Made by a program: the position numbers and the translations under genes
NCBI GenBank assembly: GCA_017499595.2
Contig: CM039009.1
Location: 1,798,001 to 1,862,000 of the forward strand
Direction of reading: 5' to 3'
Length of the DNA: 64,000 nt
DNA from: Psilocybe cubensis
Lineage: Eukaryota
The notes under the pieces: model-generated
The model's database searches: none
The model's input: only the letters and a program-made list of their open reading frames with translations
What the model was told of the DNA's origin: nothing
In this document: one piece after another, positions 14,181-23,900 of the stretch
Numbering within the stretch: the first letter of the stretch is position 1
How the letters are laid out: every line of letters begins with the position of its first letter

Positions 14181-14622
14181 ACAGTGTACTGTGCCCGTTA
14201 TCGTGCCCTTTGGGAACATTTGGAAGTGTTCTCATGCCCTCAAAAGACTTGAACGGCGTATTATTGTGCTCTTAGGGAATCTTGGAATGGCTCAGTGTCC
14301 ACAAGATGATTTGGCATTAGTGATTCTCTATGCTACTCTACGCACTCATCGATGCCTACGATGCCCAACTCTTCCACTTTGAGGCTCGCGACTTGCGAGA
14401 GACTGCGGCTGAGACATGTGGTCTCAGTAGACAAGAGCTCTGCTGGGACCTGGTCACGATTCACTAACTGGCTTATGTTAATATCAGTGGCTGTGATAAA
14501 GACCGTTGATCAGATATTAAGGCGGGAGTAAAAATGCTGGCTATCATTTGATATTGTAAGATACATATTCCGTCAGATCCATGTTTATGTTTATGTTTTT
14601 ATAACAGTTAAGTGGCTATGTA

Positions 14623-14997
14623 TTACGTAGACCCAGATCGCCACCCACGCTCAACAAATGCTTCATGCATAAGTTCGTCGACGCGAGCTCCTATTAAATA
14701 AGCATACCACTCCCCCTCTAAACAACTAGTGGTGTGGTCCCGAAGCATACCCTTGAGGTGATGAATTTGCTGGAATTTAGAAGTAATTGGACGGATAATG
14801 ATATCTATCTCCGATCGTATATATTGCTTGAGTTCCTCTGGAATGGGAGGAAGATGGTGATCTCCGACGCAGGACTCCATAAGGCGCGGATAGCGAGGGC
14901 GTGGGGGATTCTGGCTAAAAACGTATAAATTGATATAAGTGACGAAGTTTTTCAGATAGAAATTGACTCACGTTTGATCTCGGAATCGCAACGACAT
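14623..14997 (-). CDS. Small unknown protein A (~100 aa, 2 exons)
   Basis: MSLRFRDQT, GT-AG intron, then QNPPRPRYPRLMESC...LPPIPEELKQYI...GEWYAYLIGARV; paralogous to the adjacent gene. Confidence 0.75.
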
Positions 14998-15210
14998 TAC
15001 ACTTCGTGGTTATCACACAGGACTTTGGAATAAATGACACCCTGAGAAGCGTATAAGGTTGGATAAAGCAGCTGGGGCGAGGCTGAAAAACGCGCGCTTA
15101 TATGCACCAAATGAAACAAGTTTAAGCCGCTATCAATTCAAGGCTCTTCGCAGAAGCACATTCGGTAATACAATACTGCCTTCCTAAAAGCTACACAAGA
15201 CATTAACATT

Positions 15211-15551
15211 CTAGGAATGACTGGCGTGTTCTGCATGTATCTCGGCAAAAATTTGGACTATTCTTGCCGAGACAAAATAACCATACCATTCGCCGGTAGG
15301 CTCGGTAGCCTCCATCAAGTCTAAGACTTCATGAAAAGCTAGCATAGCAAGGTACTTGTCGCCTATTGCTCGTTCAACAATGGTTATGCGATCCTTGATG
15401 AACTGTTTAGTGGCCTCAGGTATGGGTGGCAGATCGGTGCTAAATGCACATGCACGAAGAGATCGAGGGTATCTGTAAGAAAACGTATCAGTCGAGAAAT
15501 AGAAACATGAATAGATCGGTTATACCGAGGAGGATTGGTGGAAGCAGACAT
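15211..15551 (-). CDS. Small unknown protein B (~95 aa, 2 exons); not in the ORF track
   Basis: MSASTNPPR, intron, then YPRSLRACAFSTDLPPIPEATKQFIKDRI...GEWYGYFVSARIVQIF...HS*. Confidence 0.75.
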
Positions 15552-15788
15552 TGTTAAAATTCAAGGGTGAAAATCAGTAACCTATGCTGGGTCGCCTAAA
15601 GTGTCAGAGTAATAATGGGTGATTAATATAGTGTTGCTAGAGGAGACTCACTGTCACGCGCGCCAAAAAGAAAACAAGTAAAATTTAGTGGGAATACCAA
15701 AGTTCTATTTATACACGAACGATGATCCTTATGGCTATATGTGCAGAGCAAGAAACAAAAAGAGCACACGCAGCAATGAATGTCTAAC

Positions 15789-17134
15789 TTAGACAAAGCC
15801 TCGATTATCTACGGCGATTGCCCGAACAGGTCCCCCAAAAGGTTTGGGCGCCCGCGCTTGACTGGTTCGTAGATCAAGCGGGGTGCCTGACGTACATTTG
15901 CCTGATGTGCTCTTCCGCGTCTCTGATTCCTTTTGACGCTCTGTCCCTAAATATGAGTACAATGTGCAGTTCTCAACAGAAACACATACCTTAAGCCATG
16001 GAAAATATATAGGATAAATCCCTAACTCTGCTAACGTCTGATCCGCAGCTACCTCGATCCGGAACAGTAAATAATCCTGGCAATACTGAAAGCATCGATA
16101 GCGTTCCAAGATGGCTGAAGGTGAGATCGGTGGGTTAATAAATTCGCATTCATTAAACAGGCAAAAGATATATAACTTGCCTAATCCGAATCTCTTTTCG
16201 ATTTCTACAGCCTCCTGTACAACTTCATACACTGTCTCGAACGGTGGTGTAGACTGCAGATGATGGTACAAAAGAAATGTGAAGCTCTCGGATTGCTTGC
16301 GCTGACGAAATATTGATGCTGTCATGCTTTTTAAGATCTCTAAATCCGTCTGCGGTACAACGGCCTCAGAAAGTGAGAGGACGCTAACCGAAAAGATTCG
16401 CTGAACAACTGCCATTCGTACAACAGCCATTTCAAGGCTGACATCAGGCAAGCGTGTACTGGCTTGTACCCACAGAAGCTTTGAAATAAAGAGCTCCTTC
16501 ATCCCCAGGAATTGAGCGGGACAATAGTACGCAGCTGTGTTTTCGAAGGGCTGAATGACCTTCTGTAGATACAACCCGGTCATCTCCATCTGTATGTTTT
16601 CTCTGAAATACACATCTTGGTTTCAAAGGAAATGTATAAGAACATTAACAATGCTTACTGTGCGACCTGATACCCATAAAACGCGCGCACTTCTGCTGAT
16701 GTAATTTCACTGGACAAGCGACTTAGTAGAGGCTGGTGGAGTCCAAAAGTCGGTACTAGTAGACGCAAGATATTCTGAATCGAAACGCGAGTGTCCAAGT
16801 TAACCTGCCTGAAATAAGCAGCTGTGTCTAACTCCGCGGGATACTGCTCGGCTATACACAGCCTGTCATGAACCGCATTCTTATATGCAGACCATATCTA
16901 ATAACCGTCAGCAATAAGGAATGGTTCAATAGGACGGACATCACCAATGGTTCCCGTATGGGAAAAAGAACGAAACACCGAGGATTAGAGTCTGTGAGTG
17001 GCTCTAAGCTCCTTAATCTCAAAACCTGTGGTGTCTACATGAACTATAATCGAGAGGCAATCTATGACTAGCATAAATACCTCTGTTTCTGGACCATCGT
17101 CGATTGGTAATAGTGAGCTAAAAACGTTGCCCAT
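15789..17134 (-). CDS. Divergent ribonucleotide reductase small-subunit (R2, ferritin-like) homologue, metal ligands lost; multi-exon
   Basis: Spliced EPLTDSNPRCFVLFPIREPL-IWSAYKNA, AEVRAFYGYQVAQENIQMEM, FTFLLYHHL...VVQEAVEIEKRF and IEVAADQTLAELG are colinear with class Ia R2. 3' end approximate. Confidence 0.8.
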
Positions 17135-17616
17135 ATGGATGCGTTTAATGATATATCGATATGTATAAGCTAAGGAGACGAGATGTGGATAAGTGTGATA
17201 AATGTACTGGGATGCAAAGTTGGCGCTTAAAAACCAATGAAACGCCCTCGTCTAAAACATGACTGTGTTGTCGCTGTCTGAAATGGCTCGCCTTCAGCGT
17301 GTCTTATGCGTACCTTGGAAAGATCTATGCTACTCACTAAGTCTACCTCTTGTATGGCATATGATTATCTGGCCTGACAAACTGATCTACGATTAAATAA
17401 ACCACAAATCAAGTGTTTATTGTGATTTTCTGCGGTCATAGCCAAACAAAACCCCTCCTAGCAAGGAATGTGGTTCCGATCTTATACTGCCAAGCTTGGA
17501 CAGTTCCCAGTCTCATGTCTCTCCGCATATATGAATGTGCGGATATCTCGGAAACACGCGCACTCTCCCCAATTCCTGTCTGCATTGCCATCTTTCCTAT
17601 CTGTCCTCCTTCTACA

Positions 17617-18927
17617 ATGGCTGCGAGAAAGAAACCTATCCCTCCCCCTAAGCCTGTGTCTGCTGAAAAGGGTATGAAATTAAACAGAAATATATCGCCT
17701 ACCTCTAACTTTGCAACTACAGACATGTCCGCCGTGCAGGATGACAGGGAAGGGAAGTTGGATGAAAGCTTGGTCGAGTTCCCGAGTATTGTCGATAATT
17801 CATTTGATCCACCTACGGCCTCATCGAATCATGTCGAAAGCCAGGGTTTGGCAGACGACACCAATACGGAATCCGAAAGTATGCGTCCCGCGCAAAATAA
17901 CTTGTCGAACAAGGCTCCGAAGGCACCAGTTCATGACCGTATGCCATCGCCCCCCCCTTCAAACAACCGCTCTCTTGCAAAGCAGTCGTCCGCCTCTTTT
18001 GTGGCCGCTGGGGGCATGGCTTCTCCCAAGACCACACAGAGAGGCAGACCATCCAAAAAACCTGCAGAACCGACAGCGCACGCAAACTCGTCAAAGCGCG
18101 CTACAAGAGCCAGTATGGCGCTCGACGCAGGTACTGCCAAGGAAGTGTTGGACATTGTGAATACTGTGAAAGTTCTTGATAGTCGTCTCGCTGCCCTGGA
18201 ACAGTCTGAGAGCGACCGATCTGCTGCCCCTCCCCCCCAAGTACCCGTTCCCTCTTCACAACCTCTGTCTTCCGACCCTCTGTTCAAGAGACTGTGTTCA
18301 GCCCATACTGATCTACGAAGCGCTCTACAAAATAACATGGATAACTTCAGGGAGTGGAGAATCACTCACGAAAGCGACTGCGCAGCTTCCAAGGGCGATC
18401 TGGCTGTATTGAAAGGCAGGGTCGCTGCTATTGCTGATGAAGTACATGGATTAAGGGATCGCTTGGATGATGACATACGCACTCCTCACTTCGACGTGTC
18501 TCCCAGCAGCCCCCACACATATCCTCGTATGCAACAAACACATCTTCCGCCCCATTCCCCTCTAGGGAAGCGCCCTTTCAACCAAGACGATGCGGATCCA
18601 ATGGACGTGCAACACATGCCACCACCTACGAGACTGAGAAGATCTGTTCCAGGAGATCTGCTCCCCGAGATATTATTTGGCCCTATTGCACAAGGCGACC
18701 CGATGACAAGAGCCTGTGACGCTATCAAAGATGCTGGTTTGTCGGTTGATGTTGTGGAGGCGGCTGCTCATGCTCGCAGGAAAGGTTTTATCGCCATTCG
18801 ATTTAGAGGGTCGGAACCTGCAAACGCCTTCCTATCCAAAGTCAAGCAGGGCATAGGCAGGTTGCTGGGAACAACGGCATATTGGAGTGAGCCTGTCAAT
18901 ACTCGCACCAATACTCCCTTCAGGTAA
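17617..18927 (+). CDS. ORF1-like protein: disordered N-terminus, coiled coil, C-terminal RRM-like domain
   Basis: Intronless ORF (ATG 17617) with heptad segments (LAVLKGRVAAIADEVHGLRDRL) and EILFGP...KGFIAIRF...ANAFLSKV; lies upstream of the RT ORF on the same strand. Confidence 0.7.
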   Translation: MAARKKPIPPPKPVSAEKGMKLNRNISPTSNFATTDMSAVQDDREGKLDESLVEFPSIVDNSFDPPTASSNHVESQGLADDTNTESESMRPAQNNLSNKAPKAPVHDRMPSPPPSNNRSLAKQSSASFVAAGGMASPKTTQRGRPSKKPAEPTAHANSSKRATRASMALDAGTAKEVLDIVNTVKVLDSRLAALEQSESDRSAAPPPQVPVPSSQPLSSDPLFKRLCSAHTDLRSALQNNMDNFREWRITHESDCAASKGDLAVLKGRVAAIADEVHGLRDRLDDDIRTPHFDVSPSSPHTYPRMQQTHLPPHSPLGKRPFNQDDADPMDVQHMPPPTRLRRSVPGDLLPEILFGPIAQGDPMTRACDAIKDAGLSVDVVEAAAHARRKGFIAIRFRGSEPANAFLSKVKQGIGRLLGTTAYWSEPVNTRTNTPFR

Positions 18928-19561
18928 ATATACCTGATAATGCGCTACTTCTCTTGTGTCTTGAGCACAGTTCTCCATCAACATTGACAATCTGACAGTC
19001 GACGAGGACAAATGGGGGTTGTTATGTTCGTTGTGGACTATGGTTCGTATTACTCTGATTTTCTGACTGATATGTCGACTGGAATATTGGACCTTTATTG
19101 TATTATTATCTTTGTCTCGGACTTTTCTGCATCTCTCCTTTGTGTCTTCCGGACCATTTCGCCTGTGATCTTTATATGGACCCAATAGTGTACTTCAACA
19201 ACCTCGGACACTTATTTGTAGCGTTGATTTCTCTTTCGACCACTGAGCATTTGGACTCAATATTGCCTTATTCCTAATAAAATCAATTAAAACGTGACCT
19301 AGGCCGCTGTTTGGCGAAATAGGTTACTAAATAAAATAGGGGGCAAATATTAATTGCGGCCGTTCACAATGTCTACATCAGATGTATAGACACCTGCATT
19401 TTTCCCCGCTGTAGACCTGTTATCATTGCAAAGGTGCCTCCATTGTAATCGACCTGTCTTATCATACCAATGGACTCTGTAGTTAAAACACAAAGCTTCA
19501 AAAGGGTACAAAACAGTAAGCTTATGCCCTCTTGTTGCGCCAGCTCATACAATCATAAACA

Positions 19562-20260
19562 ATGGACTTCCCTGCACTCGTCTCCAACCCCTCTCCCAAC
19601 AATGCGTCCAGCTCAAATTCTCGTCGTCGGTCTCGTAGGGCCCAATTGATGAGCGAGACGACAACGCCCTCTCTTGAAGAGCTAAACTCTCGCTTTGCGT
19701 CACTTGCCTTCAGCGTCCACAGAATCGAAGACACTTTAAGTCTCTTGTTGGGCAAAACCAATCGACACGTCTATGACATCGTTCACCAACGAGTACTTCG
19801 CGATTATCGAGGTGCTGAAGAATTGGGAACAGCGTTAACAACCATTCCGGAACTCAGGTCGGCCAAAGACGCTCTTGAGGAGAAACTGGATGCAATTGAG
19901 AAAAAGCGGCACCAGGAGTATGCGAATGTAGCCCTAACTCTGGCATGCATATCGGCAAGGTTGGCTGCTATTGAAGAAGGCCCTGCCGACGGAAACAGAC
20001 GAAACCAGGATGCACCGCCTTCTGTCGATGTTATGATGGGACCTTTCTCCAACGAATTCACTCGCAGAGGGACAGAGGACCGTTTGCTGGCGGCCCAAAA
20101 AGTGCTGGAAGGTGATGGAGTCAAGGTTATGGACTTACAAGACCGCCCGGGCTTCCTCCGAGTAACCTTTATGGATGAGGACTCTGCCCATGAATTTGTG
20201 AATAGGGTGGCTCACGACGAAGAACTGAACGTCAGGGGCATCTTTACCATCAAGCCTTGA
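19562..20260 (+). CDS. Second ORF1-like protein: coiled coil + RRM-like domain
   Basis: 232 aa intronless ORF with a coiled coil followed by DVMMGP...PGFLRVTF...AHEFVNRV. Confidence 0.7.
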   Translation: MDFPALVSNPSPNNASSSNSRRRSRRAQLMSETTTPSLEELNSRFASLAFSVHRIEDTLSLLLGKTNRHVYDIVHQRVLRDYRGAEELGTALTTIPELRSAKDALEEKLDAIEKKRHQEYANVALTLACISARLAAIEEGPADGNRRNQDAPPSVDVMMGPFSNEFTRRGTEDRLLAAQKVLEGDGVKVMDLQDRPGFLRVTFMDEDSAHEFVNRVAHDEELNVRGIFTIKP

Positions 20261-20956
20261 ACCCATGTGTGTATGTCCATCCCCACTCTCTAGCTGCCTA
20301 GGTTGACGGAATTTCATTTCATACTATAAAGGATTTTTCTGTGACACAGAAATAGGTACTAACACTTGGAATTGGTGAAATGCGAAATGGACGCTGCTTG
20401 TTATATTAATGTTGTATTTGTATCGTATTCCTACTGGTCTGAAATCATTGTTTGCGCTCATCCTTTGTCCTATGGATTCTCCATTTGAAACTGTTTAGCT
20501 TAAAGTAACATGACGTGAGTATTGAAGCGGGTCTACTACACCCTCATCGAGACGACGGCAGTGATCATATACTGGGAGTGTCTGATTGTCTGCCGCAAGG
20601 TGTACAAAATTGTGTTTTCTTAAAACTTGTCCCCTACCTTGACCGCTGACAGGTATGAAATTGTTTATCAATACCAATGGGCCTCTTGTAACTCGAAGGT
20701 ACTTTTAGTGTTAGCTCCGCCTGCAGCACCAGTCTGGACATTGCCACGGTTGCGTGGATCAAAAGACTGACACAGGTGTGTAACCTGGAAGCTGAGTTGC
20801 GATTACGGGATGACAGATCTGAATTAGAAACTCTTGACGCATACAACTTCTGCCTCTTACATTGACCATTGACAACAAACGCTCAACTTGGTACTCCAAG
20901 CTGACAAGTGGTACCGGTGACTAATAACGTTTCTCTCTCCCAAAACTATCTTTCTA

Positions 20957-23900
20957 ATGCTAAGATTACCAGAAATGCTTGACTCTGAGGGTGCGGTGGC
21001 TGTAATAGTGGGTCCCATTAAAGGAAACGACCCTCAGTGTGATGTCAAATGGATGATGAGGGAAACACTGCTTCCTGAGGACGCCGTGCTGTACGTCTGC
21101 AACGCCAAAAGACAAAACTTCTATATCCTTCACTTTATCACTTCTGAAAGGGCTCATCAATTCATACGAGCGATCCATAACTCTGACAATCCTAAACTGA
21201 GGGCGTGCTCGGCTTACAGGAAAGATGCAAGAGGCATTGACCACTTGCCTACCCACCTTTCCCTAGCCACCTGGAATTGCAATGGTCACCTCGCGGCATG
21301 CATAGGATCTAAAGCCTGGAAGTCACTTATAAAGGCTAATGACATAACCATCTTTCAAGAAACCTTCCTGGGGCCTGACCAACACGAATCGCTAAAACTG
21401 CCTAGAGGCTTCAGAGCTGAAGCGGCTTCAAGACCCTGGTCGCACTCGACAGGTGGCCAACGAGGAGGTGTCGCTGCCATAATCAGAAAAACAGTCAAAT
21501 ACACACGACGAGCAGATCTGTCCTTCCCTGATACCTTGGTTCTCGAGCTTGAAAACTTCGTCATAATTGCTGCATACATTGTCCCTGAAAACAGTTATTG
21601 GGAATCTTGGTCCGAGGTAGATCCTAAGACCCGTGTAGCGGATGCTGCTGCTGTGTGTGCTCTGGAAGGGAAGCCAATAATAGTACTGGGGGATTTAAAT
21701 GCTAGAACAGCATCGCTTCAACAAGATTGCTCCCGTTTGGTCAGATCCTCTCCAGATACAATATGTTCGTCTAGGGGACGTTGGCTTCTTGACGTCTGCG
21801 CCGGCCTGGACTTGCATATCCTCAATGGGACAGATTGCGACATTACCCGCAAACCTTACTGGACGTCATTTCAAAATGCGGGAAATGCGGTTGTGGACTA
21901 TGCAATTATCTCCTCAGACCTACTGCCCTGCCTAGACAAAATGGAGTGTTTCCAGGTAGAAAAGGGAGCCGATCATGCTGCCATTAGAGTGTGCCTCACA
22001 CTCGAAGACTCTAGTTGGTCTCAGGAACCATGGAAAAGTCTCGACCTCTCAAAAGAAGATGTTCTGGATGGCCTCCAGCGAAATGTATACTTAGACGCTT
22101 GTCTCCAACATACCCTTTCATGTGCTATGTCCCCTGAAGATGCGACAAAATACCTATATGGGCCCACATTTTTTAACTCCAACCCAACTCAAGTCTTTAT
22201 GGCGATTGCGGCCTCTAACTCTCGTGACCAATGGAGCGTCGGCTTCAAAACACTAGGAAACCAAAACGTCGTGCTCAGATCCATACACTCTAAGCGTAAC
22301 AACATTTGGGAACTGGCGATAGCAATGTTGCTCCTCGAAAAACCTCCCACGATGCCGCTTATTATCTATGTCTCTTCCCCTGAAGTGGCTAACTTCCTAA
22401 CTACCAAGGCTGGCTCTCTCTTTCTGAATGGTTGGAATGGTCAATTGGACAGCCCGAAAAGGCTGACTTGCACGCTATTGAGAAACCGTCCTGCGTCTAC
22501 CGAAATACGTATCCCCAGGATTTCGAGCCCGGGTGAGCAGTGGGAGCTTAATGTGGTACAATCAACTCTAGTTGGCCTTGAAACCGACGGTGTGGACATA
22601 ACATGGTTGCCTCCAAGGATCGAGGATATCCCCTGCTGGTTCTATCCGCCTGATAAGGATCCGTTGCCGAACGTGGCCTCTAAAGTCTTCATGGGAAAGG
22701 TCACATCAAAACAAATCCCACCCGCACGTAATTCTGAAAATCAAAGAAAGCGTAAAAGGCCGAAAGAGGCTGCGGTGCTTGACATAAAAAGCGAAAAAGC
22801 GGACAGAGAAGTATTGACTCGACATAGAACGCGTGCGAAGATCAGACGAATTTGGGTAGAAAATCTGAACAGGTTTGAAAATATGGCCAGCGACTCCCCT
22901 AAACAATTTTGGAAATTCGTCAAGGAACACACCGAAAAGAGACCTGTGGGGGCAGAAGTTAGTGGGACGGACTTAGTGGACATGACCATCACCAGAATGA
23001 ACCCTCCCTCTTCAATTCCAGATTGCTTTGACTCAACAAAATTCTCTGCAGAAAAAGATGCCTATAACGAGATGCCTATAGCCCTAACAGACAACGCGCC
23101 ACTCCCAAGTTTTACAGACCCTTTCTCATCCGACGAAGTGGATGACGCTAAACAAACGTTGAGAGCTCATTTGTCGGGTGCGAAAGGTATAGACGGCATA
23201 TCTAACGCGGAAATCCTCAGAATCCCTAGCGACAAGTTAGCTGATCTGTTCAACAAGTGCATCCAAACCCTTGATGCGCCGGCCACCTGGCTAACAACAA
23301 TGCTTGTGGGGATTCCTAAAGCCGGAAAATCGCCAAAGAAGGCAGAGAACTACAGAATCATTGCATTGGAATGTTGTCTTCTGAAGATGCTAACCTTGCT
23401 CATTGCAAAACGGTTTAGATCTTGGACTTGCGCCCAAGGTATTTTGCCAGAGTCCCAACATGGATTCCGTCCAACCTTCCGAACAAACAGCTGCGCTTTT
23501 GTCCTAAGAACAACGATCGAAACGTGTTTGGCTAATAATGAAACCCTCGTTGCCGTATTTGTTGACTTGGAGAACGCCTTCCCATCCGTAAACTTGCCCA
23601 CCTTATGGCTTAAACTAGTCAATGCCGGTGCGAATGGACCCATCATGGACTGGATGAGAATGATTTACAGAAGGATGCAATATACTGTGGTACACAACGA
23701 GGGCAACAAGACATTCTCGGCTCTCTTCAGGTCGCTGTGGGGAATACTTGCGGGTGACTCATTCTCTCCAGATCTATTCACATTCTACATTGCAGATTGC
23801 AACCCCCCAGAATCCGACTACGACATTCGATTGGCTGGAAAACTAATAGCTATGCTCCTCCTGGCCGACGACATGATCTTGGTAGAAAAGTTGGGTCCAA

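Noticed and set aside
13314-14382. Several overlapping ORFs across the array
   Set aside because: Artefacts of a stop-poor 31-bp repeat read in rotating frames.
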